Assembly (NCBI GenBank): GCA_046582655.1
Contig: JAYGDX010000322.1
Span: forward strand, 1 to 60,804
DNA length: 60,804 nt
Origin: Candidatus Poribacteria bacterium
GTDB taxonomy: Bacteria > Poribacteria > WGA-4E > UBA9662
Direction of reading: 5' to 3'
Each line of letters opens with the position of its first letter. Position 1 is the stretch's first letter. The notes under the pieces are model-generated. The model searched no databases, was not told the origin of the DNA, and saw nothing but the letters and a program-made list of their open reading frames with translations. The position numbers and the translations under genes are program-made. Below, in pieces: positions 1 through 9,394 of the stretch.

Positions 1-141
1 CATAGAGTCGAAAATGCTTTCTTGCATCTTAAACGGTGGCGTGGAATCGCCACACGTTATTGTAAAAATTCAGACTCTTTTTTAGCCGCCATTCATATAC
101 GATGTATATTTTTATGGGCTACTCGTGACTACACTATCTAA
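1..141 (+). mobile_element. 3' end of an IS5-family transposase plus probable right end of the element (element runs off the window edge)
   Basis: Frame +1 from base 1 reads HRVENAFLHLKRWRGIATRYCKNSDSFLAAIHIRCIFLWATRDYTI*, the typical IS5 DDE C-terminus (R-x-x-VE...LKxWRGIATRY). The terminal sequence GTGACTACACTAT (~125-137) abuts the truncated gene on the minus strand. Not in the ORF track. Confidence 0.85.
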
Positions 142-1019
142 GCCATTGACCTAAACTGCCCATTGGAATTTGATAATCGATATCAGGATTTAACAATTGT
201 AAGTTTGGCAAATTTTGTCGAGGAAAGAATTGAATCTGAGGAAAAGAGCGTTGGAATAAGGGAACTAGCCGTATATTGTATTCGATGATAATTTTTTCTG
301 TCATTTGACTTAGAGTTGAAAGAATACCAGCAAACATGACGTCATCACCAATACCTTGTCCAGCCCGGATCAAGATAGATTTTCCATTCAGATGAGTTCC
401 ATCCCAAGCAGGTTGAGGAAAATTTCTGTTTTCGAAGTTAATATCATCACATTTCAATCGCCATTCATATTCTTCCCAACCTTGAAGGAGATCTCCTCTC
501 AACAATAATATAATACCGAGGTTCTTGTGAGCCTCAGCACAGCCAGGCTGAAGATGAATGGCTTGCTGATAGGCATCAATCGATTCCTCTAATCTTCCTT
601 GTTCTCTTAGTGCATTGCCTGGCTATTATGCACTTCGGCAAATTGCGGATGAATATGGATAGCTTGCTGATAAGCCTGAATTGATTCCTCTAATCTTCCT
701 TGTCCCAGTAATGCATTACCCAGATTGTTATACATTTCGGAAAATTTCGGCTGAGATTGGTTGGAATCTATTTCCACAGCTTGACTAATCAAATCAGTTG
801 CAATCTTATACTCTTCAACTTGACAAGCAATAACGCCTAACAGATGAAGGGCCTTTGCATATTGAGGGAAATCCCTCAGTATCTGTTGACATATTTGTTC
901 CACTTGCTGCAATTGACCTGCTTGATAAAGAGAAATAGCCTGTTGTAATTTGCCTTCAACATTCACGGATGGACTAAAAGATTGTTTGGAATTTGGTTGT
1001 CGTCTTTTTTTCTACCCAC
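134..1019 (-). pseudogene. TPR-repeat / glycosyltransferase family 9-like protein, frameshifted and IS-truncated
   Basis: ORF 607-966 is TPRs (YNNLGNALLGQGRLEESIQAYQQAI). A 1-nt loss near 620 breaks 'HNSLGNALREQGRLEESIDAYQQAIHLQPGCAEAHKNLGIILL', which joins ORF 134-505 (GWEEYEWR...GQGIGDDVMF...DYQIPMGSL). A probable second slip in the A7 run (1005-1011) separates the GTG start at 1019. The C-terminal half is replaced by the IS end. Confidence 0.8.
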
Positions 1020-1207
1020 GACTGGAACTGTCCCCATCAGTAAACTAGAAGGAATTTGGATTTACGTCAGCTTGTACAAAAGTTTTTAACTTAAATACAA
1101 CCTAGCGACCTCAAGACTTGGTCAGAAGTGCGGCAGGCTGGCTTGCTCCTCAGAACTAACCACTGATACCTGTACATTACCCGACGGTATATACCGCCGT
1201 CGGCATA

Positions 1208-1652
1208 TTATTGTCGGGATTGATATTCCTCAACTGCTTTCAGTACGTCTGCAGTACCTATCTGCCATAATACATCTGCCACTTCCTCACGAACATGTTC
1301 ATTCTGATCCTTCAATTCTTGGATCAGAGCAGGTACCACATCTTCTCCTATTGTCATCCCATGCAAAGCCATCATCCCTTTCACAACTTCGAAACAGGTG
1401 TTTACGCAATCCATGCAGCAGTTCAGGCTCATCCGACAATCCAGCGATTTCACGGCATAGATTCAGCGCATGAAGAAAACGCCGACCGTGTGTGGTGTAT
1501 CGCATCCCTCATGCTGCGACCAAACAGGCGGATTGGTCAAGTTAAAACAAATATGGACGACAGTCCCGTTCTCGATCTACGCTGTTGTAAATGTGTTCAA
1601 TCTCCTGCTGAACGTGCTCTGATAAATCAATTGGTTTGAGAGGATCTTTCAT
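1208..1652 (-). pseudogene. Degraded hypothetical gene ending in a HEAT/PBS-lyase repeat
   Basis: ATG at 1652 (MKDPLKPIDLSEHVQQ...), then segments in several frames, ending in a clear HEAT repeat (VPALIQELKDQNEHVREEVADVLWQIGT). Confidence 0.5.
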
Positions 1653-1663
1653 CTTTCAATACC

Positions 1664-2848
1664 CTATATTCTAAATTCTGTTCTTACTTCGGCAAACATT
1701 CTAACAGCAAGATCTAAGTCCTCTTGTGTATGGGCAGAAGAAATTTGGGTTCGGATTCTAGCTGTTCCTTTAGGAACAACGGGGTAGAAAAACCCAATAA
1801 CGTAGATCCCTTTTTCAAGAAGCCTATGAGCCACTTTTTGTGACAATACCGCATCACCAAGCATAATCGGTACAATCGGATGATCACCAACCGGAACATC
1901 AAATCCTTGACCTACCATTTTTCTCCTAAAGTAATGGGTGTTTGACTCTAGCTTATCCCGCAACGTGGTTGAGGACGAAATCATCTCCAGCGCCTTTAAA
2001 GAGGCGCAAACAATGACAGGTGCCAGAGAGTTGGAAAAAAGATAAGGGCGTGAACGCTGGCGCAGGAAATCAATGATCTCCTGGCGTCCGGTTGTGAACC
2101 CACCACTGGCACCACCAAGTGCCTTTCCCAAGGTGCTGGTAATGATGTCTACACGACCAAGGACGCCGCAGTATTCATGGGTACCTTTCCCTTGCTCACC
2201 CAAAAACCCAGTAGCGTGAGAGTCGTCGATCATCACTAAAGCATCGTATCTGTCAGCCAAGTCACAGATCCCCTGTAAATTGGCGACGGTCCCATCCATA
2301 GAAAAGACTCCATCGGTGGCAATTAAACGAAATCTCGCCTGCTTTGATTCCTTGAGTTTCGCCTCCAGATCGTTCATATCACCGTTCCTGAAACGCAACC
2401 GTTTGGCCTTGCATAACCGTATACCGTCAATGATGCTGGCATGGTTCAGCTCATCACTCATCACAACGTCCTCTTCAGTTAGCAGAGTCTCAAACAATCC
2501 ACCATTAGCATCGAAACAGGAGGTGTAGAGAATGGTATCATCGGTGCCGAGAAATTCAGAGATCTTGCACTCCAGCGTTCTATGGATTTCCTGGGTACCA
2601 CAGATGAATCGAACGGAGGAAAGGCCATATCCCCATTGATTCATACTGGCCTTGGCAGCTGCAATAATTTCAGGATGATTAGCTAAGCCAAGATAGTTAT
2701 TGGCACACATATTCAGGACAGTTTGTCCGGTTTTAACATCAATCATTGTACATTGTGGACCGGTGATGATTCGCTCGTTTTTATAGAGACCGCTTTCCTC
2801 AATTTCCTGTAGTTGCTGATTCAGGTGAGATTTCATTGCTTCGATCAT
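1664..2848 (-). CDS. kbl: Glycine C-acetyltransferase (2-amino-3-ketobutyrate CoA ligase)
   Basis: [45 protein letters not shown] (PLP lysine), [11 protein letters not shown]; adjacent to the tdh relic. Confidence 0.96.
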   Translation of the reverse strand: MIEAMKSHLNQQLQEIEESGLYKNERIITGPQCTMIDVKTGQTVLNMCANNYLGLANHPEIIAAAKASMNQWGYGLSSVRFICGTQEIHRTLECKISEFLGTDDTILYTSCFDANGGLFETLLTEEDVVMSDELNHASIIDGIRLCKAKRLRFRNGDMNDLEAKLKESKQARFRLIATDGVFSMDGTVANLQGICDLADRYDALVMIDDSHATGFLGEQGKGTHEYCGVLGRVDIITSTLGKALGGASGGFTTGRQEIIDFLRQRSRPYLFSNSLAPVIVCASLKALEMISSSTTLRDKLESNTHYFRRKMVGQGFDVPVGDHPIVPIMLGDAVLSQKVAHRLLEKGIYVIGFFYPVVPKGTARIRTQISSAHTQEDLDLAVRMFAEVRTEFRI

Positions 2849-2928
2849 TTCATATTTTCCTCTGTTTTATACTGTCTCATCCCAACTTGAGAAATATTTG
2901 GGTTGAGCCATTTACGAAAGATATCTGA

Positions 2929-3743
2929 TCAATTAGTCCAGTCAAGAATAACCTTTCCTGATTTATCGGATCGTAAGACTCAAATCCCCCTTCAAAGAGC
3001 TGAACTCGAAACCAATAAGTTATTACCGGAGGAATGTCCAAACCCATTTGAATCATGCTTGTCATCTTATACCAAGTTTTGACATCTCTCTACTATAAAT
3101 ACCTTTAATCGTTAATCTGTTAAAGATGACCTGATTCCAATCAATGACAGCGTTAGATTCTTGGATACCGAGCATAGCAACTTAGCGCCACGACACATAT
3201 TTGACAGCATACCCCTAAAAACCTGCGCACGCTCTGACATGTCGAGCTCAACGTCGAATCCTTCTTCCATACCTAACTCTTTAACGACATCAGTGATCAT
3301 CACATAACGCGCGCCGACATGTCTGAAAACAGTACCATACATTGGTTACTGGATATAGATAAATATTCGGCAAAAGCACCGTCCCGATTTACACTGACAC
3401 CGCTTGTCTTTATACATAGATGTCGATGCCCGGCAAGGCAGTTTCGGCAGCAACCACAGACACGACGCTCCTCGCCACTCACCGCTCCACTTGGGCTGAT
3501 ATCGTGGACGTTGCTACCAACCCCTTCTATGATGCCAACAAATTCATGACCAATAACTAAAGGAATTGGAATGGTTTTTTGTGCCCACTGATCCCAGTTA
3601 TAGATATGAAAGTCTATTCCACAAATAGAGGTCTTGTGGACCTTTATCAACACATCGTTGATACCAACTTTGGGAATAGGCACTTCGTCAAGCCATAAAC
3701 CGGGTTCGGCATTTTTCTTAACAAGCGCCTTCATTTTTCTCAT
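2929..3743 (-). pseudogene. tdh: L-threonine 3-dehydrogenase pseudogene (frameshifts and internal deletions)
   Basis: N-terminus MKALVK...ICGIDFHIYNWDQWAQKTIP...GHEFVG; middle RHVGARYVMITDV / ELGMEEGFDVELDMS; C-terminal [16 protein letters not shown] and, in another frame, LRSDKSGKVILDWTN* (stop 2929-2931). The NAD-binding GAGPIG segment is missing. Confidence 0.9.
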
Positions 3744-4501
3744 ATCATTAGATCTCCACCGTTTATATCGATGGATGCACCTGTAATATAGGCCGAATCA
3801 GTTGCAAGAAAAAGCATCAATTGGGCAATTTCATGGGGTTGACCCAGCCGAGAAATGGGGAAACTGGCTTCATATGCACTTATCCGCTCAGGTGTACACT
3901 CAGCCCATACCATCTCCGTGTCAATCAGTCCCGGACAGATTGCGTTAACGGTAATACCAAAGGATGCTACCTCTTTGGCTAGTGCTCGGGTAAAACCAAG
4001 AACACCCGCCTTGGCTGCCGTATAATGAGCCCCACCAAGTGTACTGACGCTTCTGCCTGCCGACGAGGACATATTGATAATGCGTCCAAACCTGTTTTTC
4101 TTCATGGTTTCAAGGACAGCTTGGGAACAAAGAAAGGTACCGTTTAAATTGACATCGAGTACCTGATCCCATTCTGATTTTGTTATCTGCTCAATTCGTG
4201 TTGGGTAAAGGATTCCGGCATTATTCACTAGAATGCTGACTGTCCCATAGTGTTCGATCGTCGTCTCAACCATTATCTTTACATCTTCCTCTCTGGTAAC
4301 ATCTGCCCGGACAGCCAATGCCTGATTGTGTTTTTTTCTAATCTCCTCAGCAACGATTGAGGCTTTCTCCCCATTGATATCACTAACAACGACTTGCCCG
4401 CCTTCCTCGACAACTAGATTGGCAATTGCTGCTCCCATTCCCTGACCTGCTCCTGTGACAATAGCTACCTGATTACATAATCTGTTTCCTAATCGTTCCA
4501 C
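3740..4501 (-). CDS. Short-chain dehydrogenase/reductase (FabG-like)
   Basis: TGAGQGMG, NNAG, YTAAK catalytic motif, VNAICPG. Confidence 0.93.
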   Translation of the reverse strand: MERLGNRLCNQVAIVTGAGQGMGAAIANLVVEEGGQVVVSDINGEKASIVAEEIRKKHNQALAVRADVTREEDVKIMVETTIEHYGTVSILVNNAGILYPTRIEQITKSEWDQVLDVNLNGTFLCSQAVLETMKKNRFGRIINMSSSAGRSVSTLGGAHYTAAKAGVLGFTRALAKEVASFGITVNAICPGLIDTEMVWAECTPERISAYEASFPISRLGQPHEIAQLMLFLATDSAYITGASIDINGGDLMI

Positions 4502-4559
4502 AACCTACTCCTCTTGCCTGATAAATAGCCATCAGTTTTTATCCTCTTAATCGTTACTC

Positions 4560-5747
4560 TTACCAGTTGGCGGATCTGTTTTCCCACAAATGATTGCCAA
4601 TCGCCTCCTCGTTGAGTTCCGTTCCCCAACCCGGTTTGGTCGGTGTCGTCATATAGCCGTTAACAATCTCCGGCAAATCTGTCACCAGATCATCTTTCCA
4701 AGGAACATCATCGATATCGATCTCCATGATACGAATATTGGGCAACACCGCGCACAGACTGGCACTGATATAGGTCGCCAGGTGGCTATAGTAATTATGA
4801 GGTGCAATGTTAATTTGATACACCTCTGCCAAATCTCCGATCTTCTTTGACTGTGAAAATCCGTTCCAAGGGACATCAATCATCATAACATCGGCAGCAT
4901 GCAATTCAAAATAGGGAATAAAATCGCGCATATAGAAAAGATTCTCTCCAGAGCAGATCCGAGTTGTTGTTGACTCTTTAATTTGCAGCAAAGCTTCTGG
5001 ATCGTACATGTCGATCTCCAACCATAATAGATCTAGAGGTTCTAACATCTTAGCAATTCGCAGGCATCCTTCCGTTTTAAAGTTGAAGTTTAGATCAAGG
5101 CAGAGATCCACATTGGGACCAACAGCTTCCTGAAAGGCGCACATAAGTTTCTCAATGTTTCGTAGAAGATCAATCGTTACGACCTGATCGGTTGTGCCAA
5201 AACTGCCGCCAAAGCCGTGAAAGTGTACCGATGGTGGGTCACCGGGAATAACAATATTAGTTTTCAGCGCGGTGAATCCACGGTCTACGACCTCATGCCC
5301 CAGTTCAGTAATGTCTTCCATTGTTCTGATGGGCGGTATACCGATGACATCAGAATGCATGGCGCGGGATGTTCCACAATGCGACCAGTAAACACGAACC
5401 TGATCTCGCATTGGGCCGCCAAACAGTTCAACCACAGAAATACCCAGTGCTTTAGCCTTAATATCAACAAGAGCGCACTCTATTCCCGCAATAGCTTTGG
5501 CGGCGATCCCCCCAGGACTTTGACGTGTTCCCCTTAGCATGTCCCAAAACCGCATCTCGTAAGCTCTCGGGTCTTGATCGACGAGCAAAGGTTTCAAATC
5601 TTCAATTGCGCCCGTCACTCCTTGAGGGGATCTCCCGTCACTACATTCACCATAACCGGTAATTCCCTCGTCAGTCTGCACCTTGACAAAGATCCAAGGT
5701 CGCCAGCCAGCATCAACAATAAATGTTTCGATGTCAGTGATTTTCAT
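4560..5747 (-). CDS. Mandelate racemase/muconate lactonizing enzyme family (acid-sugar dehydratase-like)
   Basis: MKITDIETF...VKVQTDEGITGYGE, AIAGIECALVDIKAKALG, KTN, DLN, WLE, GEN, APHN, PTKPGWG. Confidence 0.92.
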   Translation of the reverse strand: MKITDIETFIVDAGWRPWIFVKVQTDEGITGYGECSDGRSPQGVTGAIEDLKPLLVDQDPRAYEMRFWDMLRGTRQSPGGIAAKAIAGIECALVDIKAKALGISVVELFGGPMRDQVRVYWSHCGTSRAMHSDVIGIPPIRTMEDITELGHEVVDRGFTALKTNIVIPGDPPSVHFHGFGGSFGTTDQVVTIDLLRNIEKLMCAFQEAVGPNVDLCLDLNFNFKTEGCLRIAKMLEPLDLLWLEIDMYDPEALLQIKESTTTRICSGENLFYMRDFIPYFELHAADVMMIDVPWNGFSQSKKIGDLAEVYQINIAPHNYYSHLATYISASLCAVLPNIRIMEIDIDDVPWKDDLVTDLPEIVNGYMTTPTKPGWGTELNEEAIGNHLWENRSANW

Positions 5748-5906
5748 TTTATCCCTCTGATTTGTTTACATACAGTTTTTTATCGATTAGATAACTTGAT
5801 ACGTTAAATATGATAGTAGAATCAGCATTTGCTTTCAAATTCTTTATATTCTCAGGATTTGGATACTATCAAATCATCATTAAGCGATTGTAGCAGAACT
5901 GTGTCT

Positions 5907-7847
5907 ATGACCAAACATATACAGAATCATCAAACTCCAGATGCAGGTGTGACATTTCGAGCAGTAACCATCGGCTTAATACTGATACCAGTAAATATCT
6001 ACTTTATCATGGCCAATCATCTTAAATATTGGAGTACCTTGCCGACCAACATATCACTCATCTACAACGTGGTTATCACCGTGGTCATGCTGGCAGCTCT
6101 CAATTCCCTGTTGCAGCGAGTTTGGCCACGTCTTGTCATGAAACAGGGAGAATTATTGATCATCTATGTCATGCTATCAATTGCTTCAGCCATCGCTGGT
6201 CACGACATGATGCAAACAGTCGTGCCTACAATTCCGAACGGTTTCTGGTTTGCCACGCCTGAAAATGAATGGAAAGAGATTTTCTGGCGACACCTGCCTT
6301 CCTGGTTGACTTCCAGCAACCTTTCAAGTTTGAAATATTTCTACGTTGGTGAAACGACATTTTATGATCAAATATATTTCAATGATTGGCTACGTCCTAT
6401 CATCTGGTGGGCACTGCTTTTAACAATACTTATCTGGGTTATGGTTTGCTTAGATCTACTGCTCAGAAAACAGTGAATCGAACGAGAGCGGTTAAGCTAT
6501 CCCATCGTTCAGTTACCGTTGGAAATAACACGTCCTGACGGCTGGCTTTTTCGATCCAAGATGATGTGGCTCGGCTTTGCCATTGCCGGCGGTATTGATC
6601 TCATCAACGGAACGCATGTTTTTTTCCCGATCTTTCCAGAGATTCCAGTCCACCAAGCAGAAATTAGCCGTTACTTTACCGAAAAACCGTGGAATGCAAT
6701 GGGGTGGACACCACTTTATATTCTTCCTTTTGGGGTTGGACTTGGATTTCTGATCCCATTAGAGATGTCTTTTTCACTCTGGGTTTTCTATCTTTTTTGG
6801 AAAGGAGAACGGATCCTTGGAAAAGCAATGGGATTGCAAAATTTTCCGGGCTTTCCTTATGATGGCCCACAAGGGCTTGGTGCTTATCTGGCGATTGCAT
6901 GCTTCGCACTTTATAGCGGGCGTCGACATTTCTATACGATTCTGAAAAATATTTTTCAGTTTAACCGACGAAGTGATATTCTATCATGCCAATTTGATAA
7001 ATCAAGGGAAAGGACTGAATACCGATGGACTGTTCTCGGTTTGGTCGTTGGGCTATGTTTGCTGGGAGTATTCTCATATAAAGGCGGAATGGCACTTTGG
7101 ACAGCAGGTCTTTACTTTCTGATCTATTATCTTCTAGCCATCGGTATTACTCGCATTCGTGCTGAAGTGGGTCCACCAACTCGTGAAATGTTTGTGATTC
7201 ATCCACGTCAATTCCTGATTAGTGTGCTTGGAACTCGTCATATTTCCCCTCCTAGTCTAACAATGATGTCACTTTACTACACATTTAACCGAGGTTATCG
7301 TGCCTATCCAATGCCACATACTCTCGAAGGATTCAAACTGTCAGATACAGCAAAAATGCGTTCTGGTCCGTTTGTTCTGGCCATGATGCTAGCAGTTGTG
7401 GCAGGCATTTTTGCATCTTTTTGGGCTTATCTGGTAGTATCCTATAAAATAGGAGCCAACCCGGGACTTGGCAGTGGCGGATATAATTTACTTCGTACTT
7501 GGCTATATTTTCCCAAGGAAACGGATTTCCCTTCCGTAATCTTTATTTGCCTTGGGTTTCTGTTTATGGGGTTCATACGGTGGATGCGAACAAGGTTTGT
7601 CTTTTGGCCGTTTCACCCGGCAGGTTACGCCATAGCCAGCAGTATATGGACATTCGGATGGCTATGGTTTTCCATATTTGTCAGTTGGGCAATCAAGGTC
7701 ATCTTACTGAGAATTGGCGGTATTCGACTCTGCCACAAAATGCTGCCATTTTTTTTAGGGCTTCTTCTTGGAGAATTTATCATCGGTGGTGCTTGGGTGT
7801 TAGTTCGACTTTTCTGGAATATTATGGTTTATTCATTTTACCGTTGA
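5907..7847 (+). pseudogene. DUF6785/DUF6784-type polytopic membrane protein (transporter-like) with one in-frame TGA
   Basis: ORFs 5829-6476 and 6519-7847 share one frame. The junction reads KQ*IERERLSYPI where the paralogs have QWTERERLTYPI and QWVDQERLVFPI. Likely start is ATG 5907. Confidence 0.85.
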
Positions 7848-7966
7848 TCGTACATTTCGGATCTGTAAATTCATTTAGAAATTGATTAACGCCAATCAGC
7901 AAAACAGCGTATCATCGCTCTAAGAAACCAACTTAAATCCTTAACAAAAAAGGGGGACTCATCGCT

Positions 7967-8386
7967 TTGCTAAAATTAACGCATCCTACCGTGGATATTG
8001 CCATCGTCTGCAATAACTTTGAGGAATCGCTTCATTTTTATCACCAATGCTTAGGCTTAGAGATAGTTATGGATCTCCAAATTTCGGCAAAAGTGGCCAT
8101 AGGAGCGAAATTAGCTCCAAGAGGATTTCGCCAAGTACGGCTGCAATCGGGAAATACACTGATAAAACTAATGGATATTGAATCACCACCTGAGTCAATA
8201 TCTAATGAGTTTAATCCTGGTGTCCGTTGGTTGACCATCTTTGTTGAAGATGTGCACGAAACTGTGAAGGATCTAACACAAAACGGGGTGACGTTTCTTA
8301 CGGAGCCGATTGCAGCACCTGATGCTGCTGGTGTCGTCTGTGCCAAAGATCCGGACGGCATTTTGATCGAGTTTGTGCAGATCTAA
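7967..8386 (+). CDS. VOC/glyoxalase family protein
   Basis: DIAIVCNNFEESLHFYHQCLGL, WLTIFVEDV, KDPDGILIEF. Confidence 0.88.
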   Translation: MLKLTHPTVDIAIVCNNFEESLHFYHQCLGLEIVMDLQISAKVAIGAKLAPRGFRQVRLQSGNTLIKLMDIESPPESISNEFNPGVRWLTIFVEDVHETVKDLTQNGVTFLTEPIAAPDAAGVVCAKDPDGILIEFVQI

Positions 8387-8606
8387 TTATTGGGGTATGT
8401 TGAGATTAAAATAGAAACGATCAACTCGTCTGATTCTGATTTTCAAGACGAATGCCAAGCAAAGTTTCTTTTCCTACTATCTCCGTCTATCTCTTTCTAA
8501 TTTCATACAAGGTAAACCACAGAGTTGCCGTTATCTCCTTGACAAATTCAATATTTGACTGATGAGGTGTACTGATATGGATATGCAAATATCTAAGGGA
8601 TAGATA

Positions 8607-9250
8607 CTAACCATCTGATAATCGCCATCCTACCCACAATACACCTCGACGAAGGATTTCCTAAAAACTTGGATTTCTAATTACAGCCATGTCATGACCA
8701 AGAGCAAAATAGAGAACACACCCGTCTCCATACGCATGTGTAAAGGCTATAACATGAGCTTCGTCTTTAGTGGGATCATAAGCTTCCATCAAGTGATGGG
8801 ATATGGTTGGATCGCGTTTTAAATAATACAGTTCATCAGTAACGACAAAATCTTCTAGCCCCTGAGTAATCGGATCTTCGTTGTCGATAATATTGACAGT
8901 AAAATCCATATACTTGCTGTGGCCATCAAAGAATGCGTTTAGCATGCCATGATAACCTTCACACTTACGAAATGAAGCCGCCGCCGTATGCAAACCGAAG
9001 AATCCACCACCCCGTTTGAGAAAGTTCAAAAGGCTGTCTTTCTGGGCTAAAGTCAATTCGCCAATATCCGTGTAGAAGAGCAATGCATCGTAGGAATCAA
9101 GGCTGTCAGCCAAGATCTGGCAATTCCGTTCGGAATCAGCCAAAATCCCGTCAAATTCTGATAGCATGTCAGCAATAAATTCCCTTGGCTAGCATGGTCA
9201 TGGTAGATACCTTCAGTTCCAACAAACACCAACAGTTTAAGAATTGACAT
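8607..9250 (-). pseudogene. ThuA-like (class I glutamine amidotransferase-like) domain pseudogene
   Basis: N-terminus LLVFVGTEGIYHDH is in a different frame from the body (GGGFFGLHTA, DELYY, YGDGCVLYFALGHD). An in-frame TAG at 8661-8663 precedes the typical tail EILRRGVLW; natural stop at 8607-8609. Confidence 0.8.
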
Positions 9251-9394
9251 GGACTCTCTCTTGAAACAACAGATTTAAACAGCACGCTAAAGATGCAAGT
9301 AGCGAATATAGAGATCTAACCAAAACCCTTATTAAGATGAACCTCTATTCTGCGTCCTTTCAGTACAGATCAAGGCTCATACTCCATACTTGAT

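Noticed and set aside
6474..6476. Genome-wide TGA=Trp recoding or selenocysteine insertion
   Set aside because: TGA ends intact genes here (e.g. 27719, 53102), Trp is encoded by TGG throughout, other lesions are TAG, and the aligned residue is Trp rather than Cys.
8500..8600. Riboswitch or hammerhead suggested by CTGATGAG
   Set aside because: No matching GAAA core or supporting stems are visible, and the site lies downstream of two convergent genes.
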